Shown: positions 49,564 through 59,595, numbered from the stretch's first letter. The stretch: 64,000 nt of DNA from Methylococcaceae bacterium UBA975 (GCA_002292375.1 DBBV01000020.1:8197-72196); one strand, 5' to 3'. Made by a program: numbers and translations. The notes: generated from the sequence alone by a model not told the origin.

Positions 49564-50151
49564 TTACAACACTCTATCTTCTATACAAGTTCTTACGTTA
49601 TTTATATCACTTTGGATCATAGCTTCTTTTTGAATCACGATATCGATACGTCCCAAATTAACACCCCATTTACTGATTTCTGTTGAGCCCATAAGCGTCG
49701 AGCTATCTACTAACGTTAACCAGTCATCCATAGCCACAATGTATTCAGTGTTATCAACGCTAATCTTTAACTCATAATTTAAATTTAAACTATCGCCAAA
49801 CACCTCACCGTTAGCAACTCCTACTACGTCACCTGCCGTACCTAACCAACCTTCAGGTGTTCTGTCAAAGATCCAGTCACGGTTTTGACGTTCCCCATCA
49901 TCAAATAGAAAAACTTCTTCTAGCCTAACTTTATCCTCAGAACTAAAGGCGACAATGTCAGCCGCAAACTTCCGATTAATTTGACCATTTCTTGATTTCA
50001 CTAGGCCTTTTGCACATAGGTTTCCTTGAAAAAAGGATTCGAACTGAAAACCAGGTGCTTTATTACGGTATTTATTAGCGTCTATTGCACAACCGCTTAA
50101 TATGAAAACACCCAACACCATACAAAATAATTTCATCATTGCCTCAATCAA
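49564..50151 (-). CDS. DUF3833-like lipoprotein
   Basis: LSGC lipobox, GTAGDVVG, DDWL. Confidence 0.8.
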   Translation of the reverse strand: MIEAMMKLFCMVLGVFILSGCAIDANKYRNKAPGFQFESFFQGNLCAKGLVKSRNGQINRKFAADIVAFSSEDKVRLEEVFLFDDGERQNRDWIFDRTPEGWLGTAGDVVGVANGEVFGDSLNLNYELKISVDNTEYIVAMDDWLTLVDSSTLMGSTEISKWGVNLGRIDIVIQKEAMIQSDINNVRTCIEDRVL

Positions 50152-50168
50152 ATTGACTTAATAAGTTA

Positions 50169-50232
50169 TACGTAAAATAACGCGGATTGGATTAAAATTA
50201 TTTTTTTGATCCAATCCGCGTTATTTGTCGTA
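50169..50232. promoter_or_regulatory. Back-to-back RpoE(ECF)-type promoters
   Basis: Plus strand TGATCC-N16-CGTA (50207-50232); minus strand TAATCC-N16-CGTA (50194-50169); 18-bp perfect inverted repeat. Confidence 0.7.
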
Positions 50233-50288
50233 AAACCTAATAGAGACTAAAAAAGGCACGTTGCCTTTACTAACGGTTTTTATTAAAT

Positions 50289-50954
50289 ATGAATATGCAA
50301 GCGCAAAGACAAGTAAACGAAAACTTAGTATATTGGTCAGCTCATACTATTCTTCGGCAACCAATTTATTCCTTTATGGGCGAGCCATCACCAAGCAAGG
50401 CGGAACAAGCAAGTCTGTGCAAACAATACATCCATGCGATTGCCTTTGAACAAGATAAGAACGCGTACAAAGCTTTGTATATTTACTTTGCTCCCAAGGT
50501 CAAAACATTTTTCAAACAACATGCTAGCGCAAGTCATGCCGAAGAGATGACTCATGAAGTCTTTATACGTGTTTGGCAAAAGGCCAAGACATATCAGGCA
50601 GACAAGGCAAATGTTTCAACTTGGATTTTCACCATAGCTAGAAATTTAAAAATTGATTTGCTTAGGCAAAAGAGAATTGTTGAAGTCAAACTTGAGGACT
50701 CTCAGTCAGATCTCCACATAGCTGAAGATGACGTTCATGAAGAGCTTGTTAGTGCCTACGACAAAATTAAATTGACTAATAATTTTAAGTATTTAAGCAA
50801 CGAACAAAAAAACGTTATTTTAAAAGTCTATTACGAGGATAAAAGCCACCAATTAGCAGCTCAAGAACTTGGCTTAACATTAGGTGTCATCAAGTCTCGA
50901 ATTAGAAGCTCATTGAAGGTTTTACGTCACCATTTACGGAATCAAAGCGAATGA
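50289..50954 (+). CDS. rpoE: ECF sigma factor RpoE (ChrR partner)
   Basis: VSTWIFTIARNLKIDLLR region 2 and LGVIKSRIR region 4; overlaps chrR. Confidence 0.88.
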   Translation: MNMQAQRQVNENLVYWSAHTILRQPIYSFMGEPSPSKAEQASLCKQYIHAIAFEQDKNAYKALYIYFAPKVKTFFKQHASASHAEEMTHEVFIRVWQKAKTYQADKANVSTWIFTIARNLKIDLLRQKRIVEVKLEDSQSDLHIAEDDVHEELVSAYDKIKLTNNFKYLSNEQKNVILKVYYEDKSHQLAAQELGLTLGVIKSRIRSSLKVLRHHLRNQSE

Positions 50955-51658
50955 ACAGCCATATAGACACCGAGTTATTATTAAACTATTCAAATGGAAA
51001 TGTAGAACCCGCATTGAGTTTGGCCATCGCTCTGCATCAAAAACAATGCAAACCTTGCCGACAAAAAATTGCAGCTATAGAGTCTTCTTACGGCCAGAAT
51101 CTCGAATTATCAGAAGCTTCTCGCATTGAAAATAATAGCTTTGAGCGTTTAACAGCTGATTTAGATAAATTACCAACATCAGACAATGGTGTTTCAAAAA
51201 CTTCTAAAAGCCTTTATAAGAAAAATATCGATATCGTTGATTTTGGCGAAGATGACACCTTAAGTTATGCCATTGCCGCAATAAATAGGCCTTTATTTAA
51301 CCAATTATCCGATTTTAATTACGATGATTTCGAGTGGCAAAAACTCTCATCCAAAATATCATCTGTTGCACTTGAGTTATACGATCCTAGCTTTAAAGTT
51401 AATTTGTTACGTTTTTCACCCCATACCAAAATCCCTAAGCATACTCATTTAGGCAAAGAGTTCACGTATGTTATTAAAGGTGATTTTAAAGACCACAAAG
51501 GTAAACATAACGCAGGTGATTTTATTGCGTGTGACGGTTCTGATGAACATAAACCTATCGTCGGCACCTCAGGTTGTGTTTGTTTAGCAATAACAGATGC
51601 ACCCTTACATTTTACCGGTGTACTCGGTCCAATTTTTAATAGGTATGCTAGCTATTAA
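50951..51658 (+). CDS. chrR: Anti-sigma factor ChrR
   Basis: HQKQCKPC ZAS motif plus cupin HTHLGKEFTYVIKGDF...HKP. Confidence 0.9.
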   Translation: MNSHIDTELLLNYSNGNVEPALSLAIALHQKQCKPCRQKIAAIESSYGQNLELSEASRIENNSFERLTADLDKLPTSDNGVSKTSKSLYKKNIDIVDFGEDDTLSYAIAAINRPLFNQLSDFNYDDFEWQKLSSKISSVALELYDPSFKVNLLRFSPHTKIPKHTHLGKEFTYVIKGDFKDHKGKHNAGDFIACDGSDEHKPIVGTSGCVCLAITDAPLHFTGVLGPIFNRYASY

Positions 51659-51727
51659 GTTGGCTGTCTTATTTCAACATCTAACATTTCCTCTATTAAG
51701 GCTACAATCAAATTACTTGAAGAACTT

Positions 51728-52228
51728 ATGAGAAAAATTTTTATACTGCTATTTTTGGTACAAATAGGCATCGTAAGTGCAAACGAAATACCTCTAAAAG
51801 AACTAAACGTTGTTGGCCGTTCCAGTTTCAGTGTTTGGTTTTGGGATATCTACGATATTGAATTAAGAACCCCGAGCGGCACTTACAAGGCAGGAAATTT
51901 TCCGTTGTCACTTGAATTAACCTACAAAAGAGAAATATCTAACATTGAGCTTGTGGATGAAACGGTCAACCAATGGGAACGTTTCAATATTGGCGAAGAC
52001 CAGAAAAAAAACTGGGCGAAACAATTATTAGTGATATGGCCTAGTGTTAAACCTGCAGATAAGATTACGTTTTACATTGATAATGAGAAAGTTACCTACT
52101 TCTACTTTAACAATCAATTTATAGGAGAAATAGGTCTGGCAGGCTTTTCAGATGCTTTTGCTTCTATTTGGTTAGGCTTAGATGGCCCGTATCCCAAGAT
52201 GACCAAAAAATTAATTGGTTCCCATTAA
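51728..52228 (+). CDS. Chalcone-isomerase-like protein
   Basis: WFWDIYDI, IWPSVKPADKIT, FASIWLG. Confidence 0.82.
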   Translation: MRKIFILLFLVQIGIVSANEIPLKELNVVGRSSFSVWFWDIYDIELRTPSGTYKAGNFPLSLELTYKREISNIELVDETVNQWERFNIGEDQKKNWAKQLLVIWPSVKPADKITFYIDNEKVTYFYFNNQFIGEIGLAGFSDAFASIWLGLDGPYPKMTKKLIGSH

Positions 52229-52903
52229 TAGCAATGATTTATTGAGGAACTAGATTACAACTTATATGCGACAAAAAAGGTCGCACTTGCTATTAAACAA
52301 CCTACCTTGTGAGCTCACTCTCCTGAAATCTAGCAACATAACCGAAACCTAGCGATTCGTCTTTTCCAACTGTGACAAATAAAGTGGATATTACTGAAAT
52401 TATAGACATTTACTAGAGTGCTACTTCTCGCTGGATAAAAGCTTAGGAGCAAGGCGTAAAACAGACTATAAAACAGAGTAAACGAGGCCATCGACCAGAA
52501 GAGCAAAGACGTCTAACAGACTCATGCAATATCAGCTTTATGACTAATAAGTCAGGCCTTTGATATGGCGGATGATAAAACCGTCAAACGAATCGGAGCT
52601 AACCACCTCACCATCAAAATTGATAACACTGTAGTTGCTACAGTGATCGAAAAAGGCAGTACCGCCTGTAACCCAAGATAAAGAATTTTCCACTTAAAAT
52701 TCAAAAGACCGACTGTAAATGAGCGACTTTTTTGACATCATGAGGCGAGGCTCATTCAAACAGGTAGCCCACTACTACGCCGTCTTTGTTCTGATACCAA
52801 TCAACCGAAGCTTTAAGCAGCTCTCGAATTATTTTTTCTTCCTTTTACAGGTATAGTTTGAGCGAACATTTCTACGGTACTTCGTAATAGATAACTGCTT
52901 CAT

Positions 52904-55003
52904 TTAATTACCATCATTAAGAAATTCATTCATTAGTTTAATGACCGATGGGTATGTGTAGATCACATGCCGGCTAAAACCACAGGCTTTGGCTATAGCC
53001 ATTTTGTTTGGTTTACCTGCACGCATTGGGATTGAAGCTGATGTCTCTTTTAGTATCTTGAAATACCTACGCACTGCCTTTTCATATTTCAACGTGAGGT
53101 CTTTTCTTTGCCTTTTTCTAGCTCGCTTTAACTCGTCTTCTCTAGCTAAAACCAACTTTTCTTTATGCGTTGTTAGAATGATCGGTTGACTACCTCTGGT
53201 GCCATGCTTACTGTTGCGTTTTAAAGCAATCACTTCAATATCATTAGACTTACATAACCTTAAAAGAAGTCTAGTATTGGTGTTAAGTAAGTGCGCTACG
53301 CCCGATAATACGACATAATTTCCACAAAAATAATCAACAGATTCTGCCGTTATTCGTACATGTCCCTCGACAGTTGTTGCAACCAAAATATTTTGTGTAA
53401 TAGCATCGTTAATAACTGATGAATCTAAGCCCGTTTTATCCACAACCTCAGTAAATCCGAGTGTACTTATTTCAACTAGTGATGTATGCCTTTTAATCAA
53501 CCTGTCTACTTGAGATTTGTCTAACATAAAGCCCGATAAATTTGAGTCAATCGAACATTCAGATTGAATCACCCCGTCAATCACTGCTGAAACTATATCT
53601 GATTTCAATTCAGTAGACTTAAGCTTCTTATTCATAATGTTTTTCAAACAAACCATTTCTTGTTTATAAAACCCCAATGGCTTTGCATGTTCCCTAGCTG
53701 ACTGCATTAACAGTTTTATCTCTTCAACAAACCAGGTTTCCTTTCGCCCCCGATGCAACGACTCAGTCGACACGGTACCTTCTTTTAAATATTTCAAAAC
53801 GCTAACGGGCACACCCAAGCTTGCACCCGCCTCTCGAATCGGAACCGTTTTAAAAAAAACTTCAGGTATAAGCGTACCTCTCATATCTATGATGACTCGA
53901 GAACCGCCATTACTTGATGGGATGGTTTTTTTATTGATATAACGGCTGTCAATGATCATATTCAACACACGCGGCGACATGCCTGTCCTTTCACAAAACT
54001 GAGATTTTGTGAGGTACCTCATACCACTCGTTAATGACTGGTTATCTAGGAGCTTTTTATCAATATACCCTTTGCCCCAAACACCTTTTCCAAACTCAAT
54101 AAATTCACTTTTTAGATAAACGGCTTCTTTTTTGAAGGAGCTGTTTTTAAACAAGGCTAAGTAAAAAAGCTCGAACTGCTTTCGTAAAGCGGACTCTGGT
54201 GGCCGTGTTGTTTCATAATATTCACCCAGGTTGTTCAAAAACGCATGGTATCCATGCGGCCAGTTCTTAAAAATATTAACCGATGAATCGATCTCTCTAG
54301 AATGCGTATTAGAATGGGGCTCATGACACTTGTAGTACTGCTTTTGCAATACATTCATTATCAACAACAAAGAGCTCAATGATAATTCATCGAAATATTT
54401 AATCGGGTATCCGCTCTTATTCTTAAGTCCGCCTAAATTAAAACCATACACTTTTAACGCAATGATTTTCATAAACTCATTAACGTCCTCATCAAGCGTT
54501 TCTAAACTCTGATCAGAAAAATTAGCGCCGCAACGACAGGTTAATAACCCGGGCCTGAACCAACTGACTTTTTCGCCGCATTCAACACAGTGCGTTATTG
54601 GCACACACCCATGTTTTGGGCAACCAACGGCATAACTTAAACTCCAAAATGCTTCTATGTAACCGTCGTCTTCCGCACAATGGGGACAAAAGAATGCTCG
54701 CCTCAAATCAAACTGTGACGTCGATGCACTACGCTGTAAATTTTCATTTAATATTTTTGAATGATAAGCGGCATCATTTGCTATATTTGAGATGGCCTTT
54801 AACTTTTCAAAATCACATCCTGTTATATCAACAAGGCTACCCAAAGGGACATCTATGCCATGCATGCTATGAGCCGTCATACCCGCCACCTGTAATATGT
54901 GAACCGGCGTGTCGTACCCATTTCTCTCAGACAACCTTAGAATGTAACTTTGTAGGCTCTCAATTGCATAAGGTGCTGGTGTTCTTACTAGTAAACTCAT
55001 CAC
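52904..55003 (-). CDS. tniQ: TniQ/TnsD-family target selector with a long C-terminal extension
   Basis: ESLQSYILRLSERNGY start, CPHC...CPKH and CVECG...CRCG zinc motifs; last gene of the tns operon; 699 aa. Confidence 0.85.
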   Translation of the reverse strand: MMSLLVRTPAPYAIESLQSYILRLSERNGYDTPVHILQVAGMTAHSMHGIDVPLGSLVDITGCDFEKLKAISNIANDAAYHSKILNENLQRSASTSQFDLRRAFFCPHCAEDDGYIEAFWSLSYAVGCPKHGCVPITHCVECGEKVSWFRPGLLTCRCGANFSDQSLETLDEDVNEFMKIIALKVYGFNLGGLKNKSGYPIKYFDELSLSSLLLIMNVLQKQYYKCHEPHSNTHSREIDSSVNIFKNWPHGYHAFLNNLGEYYETTRPPESALRKQFELFYLALFKNSSFKKEAVYLKSEFIEFGKGVWGKGYIDKKLLDNQSLTSGMRYLTKSQFCERTGMSPRVLNMIIDSRYINKKTIPSSNGGSRVIIDMRGTLIPEVFFKTVPIREAGASLGVPVSVLKYLKEGTVSTESLHRGRKETWFVEEIKLLMQSAREHAKPLGFYKQEMVCLKNIMNKKLKSTELKSDIVSAVIDGVIQSECSIDSNLSGFMLDKSQVDRLIKRHTSLVEISTLGFTEVVDKTGLDSSVINDAITQNILVATTVEGHVRITAESVDYFCGNYVVLSGVAHLLNTNTRLLLRLCKSNDIEVIALKRNSKHGTRGSQPIILTTHKEKLVLAREDELKRARKRQRKDLTLKYEKAVRRYFKILKETSASIPMRAGKPNKMAIAKACGFSRHVIYTYPSVIKLMNEFLNDGN

Positions 55004-55020
55004 TCAAATAACCCGCCCAA

Positions 55021-56007
55021 TTAAGCGCTGGTTTTGATTTTACGTGCACCGCTACCGGCTATCGACATACCGCCATTTGCAGAGCCTATTTGGCTTACTT
55101 TCTGCAAAATACTTATCGTCGGTTGCACGTTAAAATCAGGGTGAAAAGGAGCTATTTCAGCTGAAACAAATTCCTTGTTAAACGTTGATTCTAGATGTGC
55201 AACAGCTAAGTCCTCCAGCGTAATCACTGAGGTTTTCTGATCGATCGCATTCCAAACTGCACACTGAAGAAGCTTTACTAAGTAACCAAAAAGGCCGCCC
55301 GTCGCACAATAAAATCGAAATGCCATGCTTTCATTAGTCAAGCACGGCAAATCATAGTGTTCTTGCATCGACTCATTATAAGCACCTAAAATCGCAATAA
55401 AATCGGTCCTCAAGTCATTATTCAGCCACTCAAACCTCTGCATTTTTATAGGAGCTGAAAAACGACCCATCAATTGCTCATTTTGCTCTAATACTGCCTG
55501 ACAACTATGTAGCCCACCTACAACTAAAGCCACGTTGGTATCATCCACCAATATTTTTAGCCAATCAGCGACATGATGCATGACCTTACGTGACCCTTTG
55601 TCCCAAAAATGCTGGAACTCATCAATCATGACCATTTGCGTACCGCAATCTTTCATCAACTTTTTCAAGCGTGATGTTTTTATATTCTCCGTTCCAGTAC
55701 AGCACTTGGGGTCCCCAATTGATTCCAATAATAGCTCAACAAGCCCCTTTACTGTCGGTTTAGACGGCGTTCTAACTTTCAAGATTGGCACATTCAAACC
55801 ATCTTCAGTTCTTGTGCGCGGGTGATGCATTAAACACTCGTCAAGAACCCTGCTTTTACCGGTCCTAGACTCACCAATCAATGCAATGCAAATGGGATTA
55901 GCTGAGCCTTTAGCGTATTTAAAGCCTTGTTCGATTCTCTCAACCGCCCTAACAAAGCCAGAGTGCTCTACCAAGGTCTCTTGTATTAGGTATGGGTTTT
56001 CAATCAT
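55021..56007 (-). CDS. tnsC: TnsC/TniB AAA+ ATPase
   Basis: Walker A GESRTGKS, Walker B MVMIDEFQH. Confidence 0.9.
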   Translation of the reverse strand: MIENPYLIQETLVEHSGFVRAVERIEQGFKYAKGSANPICIALIGESRTGKSRVLDECLMHHPRTRTEDGLNVPILKVRTPSKPTVKGLVELLLESIGDPKCCTGTENIKTSRLKKLMKDCGTQMVMIDEFQHFWDKGSRKVMHHVADWLKILVDDTNVALVVGGLHSCQAVLEQNEQLMGRFSAPIKMQRFEWLNNDLRTDFIAILGAYNESMQEHYDLPCLTNESMAFRFYCATGGLFGYLVKLLQCAVWNAIDQKTSVITLEDLAVAHLESTFNKEFVSAEIAPFHPDFNVQPTISILQKVSQIGSANGGMSIAGSGARKIKTSA

Positions 56008-57983
56008 GAGTCACCCTTCTTTAGAGTAAGCGAGTCACTCCCCCTTGGCCTATGAATTGGTTTTATATATTTAACCGGCGTTGACGCATCCACTACAAAC
56101 ACTTTATCTATATGCTTATCATCATCCAGCAGGGCTGTTTTTTTCTTTTTATCTAATTTTGTTTTCGAACCTTTAAGCAATTCCTTATCACCGATGAAAC
56201 GTGCTTTTTTAACAGACCTTTTACCTGTTGTTGCCCAGTTCAACAATTTAGCTTTCGCCTTCAACAAGGACGCTTCATTAACAACAACACCGTTTTCTTT
56301 CGCCCACTTTTTTATCTGCTTGTGCTGCCAACGTGTCAACCCAACAGCATATTCTTTTGACACTGCAGGAACGATATAAGAATGGTTGTCACCTTTAACG
56401 AAAACGACAACTTCACCTATGTCATCATCGTTGTATAAAATATCAACCTTACAAGTATCACCGTACCTATAACGAAGGTCATTTAACTCAATTGAGTTGT
56501 AATGAAGTAAATCATGCACTATCCCTTTATGACTTAACGATTTGTCGTTTTTAGGCGTCCCAAATGAGATATCTAACTCTTCAGGCGAACTGATCAGTCG
56601 AATATCCTCTTGACAAACTGATTCCTCCCACATGTTAGCCGGTGTCATACCAATTCCTCGATGCTCCTCCTGGTGGTACACATCAACAAGCCACTTATAA
56701 ATACCTTCGTGCAACTTCTTATACGTCGTGAGCGCATGTTTTTTTGGATCGTAGTCATCTTTCTCAAAAATGTTAGAAAAACTTGTACCCGGAAGTTTAT
56801 GAATATACCCCGAATTTAACGTACCAAAGAAACGTTCAACCTTTCCTTTGAACCAACCGGTTCTACGCGGCGCCCGATGGATCTCTATACCGTATTTAAA
56901 GCAAGTGTTTCTTAAAGCGTGCGAGTGAAACTCCACCCCATTATCAACAACTAGTTGAGACATGACACCGTGTGCAGCCCAATCATTATCTATATCAGGG
57001 TAATTTTTGAGTAATTCAGTTTTGGGTAAAAAAGCTTGTTTTAAGCAACGTTGAACGGTCAAATTACTGGGTGGTTCAAAGCTAATTGAAAATCCGAGAA
57101 CACATCGTGTGTAATCATCAATACAAACTGTCAGCCAAGGGCGTCCTAAAGGCAGTCCAGTCTTATCATCAAGTACAAAAAGATCAAGCCTAGTATGATC
57201 GATCTCCGCACGCTCAAGCGGTGAATACGTAGTACGGTTTTGAATGACCGACCGGAATGCCTTTCTAGCATACTCACGCCCATGCCTTGCCACACAAACA
57301 TCATAAGCATTTATGTCTCCAATCATTCGCTTAACCAAAGCCATGCTCGGTAATTCCAGTTTGTTTAGCTCTCCACGCAACTCATTCTTTGTGATGACAA
57401 GGTATTTAGCGCACTCAAGAGCATCACTGATTGTCCCTCTTTCACGCCGCATATACGTTTCATCAATTGCGTCTCCGACCAGGTTTTCAACCTCAAGGCA
57501 ATATCGTCCACGACGATTACCTTTGTCCAAATTCTTATCTAACAGTGCAACCGAAGCATTGCCGTTCATTTCATATTTATTTTTCCACCTAATAACTGTT
57601 GATGGATCAGGAGCCCTACCTTTGCTACCCAGCTTAACCCAAGTTTCTTCTATGACCGGTATTAATCTAGAACGTGTGTTGGGTATGTCGAGCGTCGCTG
57701 ACACATATTCGAAGCGCTCAATTGCTTTTTCATAGCCTTTATCATTTACTGATAAAGCCAGACGTTTGTCACTTTTTAATTTTCTTTCTTCGGGAAAATG
57801 CTCAAAAATATTCATTGCATTTTGACTGATAAGACTCAGTATTTCACTTTCAGAAAACTCTTTGATTCGTTTTGTTTTCTGGCATTCTAATTGCCAAATA
57901 TCACCTTCAAACTTACGTATTAAGTTAAGTTTTTCGCCATCATATTCTACATACGACCCAACCATTATCCTCGCAGTACTCAT
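56004..57983 (-). CDS. tnsB: TnsB DDE transposase
   Basis: RAEIDHT, VVDNGVEF, KGKVERFFGT catalytic D/D/E. Confidence 0.92.
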   Translation of the reverse strand: MSTARIMVGSYVEYDGEKLNLIRKFEGDIWQLECQKTKRIKEFSESEILSLISQNAMNIFEHFPEERKLKSDKRLALSVNDKGYEKAIERFEYVSATLDIPNTRSRLIPVIEETWVKLGSKGRAPDPSTVIRWKNKYEMNGNASVALLDKNLDKGNRRGRYCLEVENLVGDAIDETYMRRERGTISDALECAKYLVITKNELRGELNKLELPSMALVKRMIGDINAYDVCVARHGREYARKAFRSVIQNRTTYSPLERAEIDHTRLDLFVLDDKTGLPLGRPWLTVCIDDYTRCVLGFSISFEPPSNLTVQRCLKQAFLPKTELLKNYPDIDNDWAAHGVMSQLVVDNGVEFHSHALRNTCFKYGIEIHRAPRRTGWFKGKVERFFGTLNSGYIHKLPGTSFSNIFEKDDYDPKKHALTTYKKLHEGIYKWLVDVYHQEEHRGIGMTPANMWEESVCQEDIRLISSPEELDISFGTPKNDKSLSHKGIVHDLLHYNSIELNDLRYRYGDTCKVDILYNDDDIGEVVVFVKGDNHSYIVPAVSKEYAVGLTRWQHKQIKKWAKENGVVVNEASLLKAKAKLLNWATTGKRSVKKARFIGDKELLKGSKTKLDKKKKTALLDDDKHIDKVFVVDASTPVKYIKPIHRPRGSDSLTLKKGDS

Positions 57984-58717
57984 GATATTGCCCCCTTTGT
58001 TCCATTTGCTTTCAACCTAAACAAAGAGCCCTTGCCTATTTTTTCACTACCATCTAGGACTAACACTCCCTCTAAAGTAAGCCGGGACAAAACACACCGG
58101 ATATCAACATCTGAGCTTGTGTAAATACCGTCAAGCCAAGATATTGAATCGTTAGAAAGAAAGTAGACCCTCAGTATTTCTCGAGACGTACCATCAATAG
58201 GATCACGACCGAACTTAAGAATCGTTCGTGCATTGTGTAGCCGTAATTTGTTGGATAATTGCTCACCAGTAACAACATGGTATGAATAGCCGATTTTTGG
58301 TAAGTATTCGGTTAAAAAATCGGTTCTAATTCGCACATCATCTTTTTTGGCTTCCCTTTCAGGCTTAATTTCCCACACTTGTAGCTCGCCATTTTTAGCA
58401 ACCAAGATGTCCGGATAATGCTTAGCTACCAGCCCCTCAATGCAATATTCAATTAACATCGGTTGTTCAGCAAAGGCTTGAATACTGGGACTCGCATCTA
58501 ATAGAACAAAGGCATTCAGTTCATTGTGGGACTCCCACTCCAACATCCGACTCATCTTCCACGATGGATATTCACCAGTTGGTCTAGCTCGTGATCGAGT
58601 ACTTACTTTGCGCATTCTGACTTTGCCCTTTTTAGGGAAAGTCAGCTTGATGTGATTGTTCTTATGCTGAAAGAACAGCGGTTTATTCTGTGATTCAAGG
58701 TTCGTTAAATTATTCAT
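57980..58717 (-). CDS. tnsA: TnsA endonuclease
   Basis: WESHNE, EQPM, HYPDILV, VWEIKP. Confidence 0.88.
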   Translation of the reverse strand: MNNLTNLESQNKPLFFQHKNNHIKLTFPKKGKVRMRKVSTRSRARPTGEYPSWKMSRMLEWESHNELNAFVLLDASPSIQAFAEQPMLIEYCIEGLVAKHYPDILVAKNGELQVWEIKPEREAKKDDVRIRTDFLTEYLPKIGYSYHVVTGEQLSNKLRLHNARTILKFGRDPIDGTSREILRVYFLSNDSISWLDGIYTSSDVDIRCVLSRLTLEGVLVLDGSEKIGKGSLFRLKANGTKGAIS

Positions 58718-59007
58718 AGTTCATCATTCCTTTCTTATTGAGTTAAATAAAAAATTCTTGATCAACGCTTTATTCAAACTTTGAAGGCAACTCCCCTTGC
58801 GATAAACTTCAAATATCTTGTAATTAGCATCATTCAATTACTGCATAATTATAGGAATGGCAGTAAGTCTTGTCAAGTATTTATCAGCAGTATTTTATTA
58901 CTGCATATTATAATTGACATCAACTACTCTTTTAAGTACATTAATATCCAGTTAATTAATATTTTATTAACGGTAAATTAATTGCCTTAAATAAAGCAAA
59001 GACCACC

Positions 59008-59595
59008 ATGAAAAGCACCGCACTCATTGACATTGCCGATATAAAGCCAGGCCACCCTTTCCGAGGCTCGATTAACCCAAGTGATGACGCAGATACCTTT
59101 GTCATTCAGATAAGGGACATTAATCAGTACGGGGAAGTAGACAAGCAAAAAATTGTAAAAACAGCTCTCACCAGCAAAAAGAAACCTGTTTATCTAAAAG
59201 AAAACGACATTTTGTTCGCTATAAAGGGCGCCAGACACTTTGCAACATTGATGCAAAACATTCCAGATAACTCTGTTTGCTCCCCTCACTTTTTTGTCAT
59301 CCAAGTAAATAACAAAAATGCAGGGCATGTCATTCCTGCATTTATTAGCTGGCAACTAAACCAAGTGATTGCACAACAATACTTCAAAAATTCGGCCGAA
59401 GGCACTCACTACGTCAGCATTCGCAGGAAAGTACTTGAGGATACACCACTGGTCATACCGCCTATAGCCGAACAGAAACAAATTGTAGCGTTTAACAATG
59501 CCGCCATAAAAGAACAAAAGCTATTTCATCAGCTCATTAAAAATAGGCAACAACAAATCGACGCCCTAGCAATTAACCTACATCAATCAAGTTAA
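59008..59595 (+). CDS. Half-size HsdS-like subunit (single TRD)
   Basis: PAFISWQLN, IPPIAEQKQI; upstream of hsdM. Confidence 0.8.
   Translation: MKSTALIDIADIKPGHPFRGSINPSDDADTFVIQIRDINQYGEVDKQKIVKTALTSKKKPVYLKENDILFAIKGARHFATLMQNIPDNSVCSPHFFVIQVNNKNAGHVIPAFISWQLNQVIAQQYFKNSAEGTHYVSIRRKVLEDTPLVIPPIAEQKQIVAFNNAAIKEQKLFHQLIKNRQQQIDALAINLHQSS

Noticed and set aside
52745-52900. Small decayed ORF downstream of tniQ (EEKIIRELLKASVDWYQNKDG...)
   Set aside because: Broken by stops and frameshifts with no recognisable family; too weak to call.
58717-59008. Right end of the Tn7-like element upstream of tnsA
   Set aside because: No GTCGCA-type sites or correctly spaced terminal ACA found.
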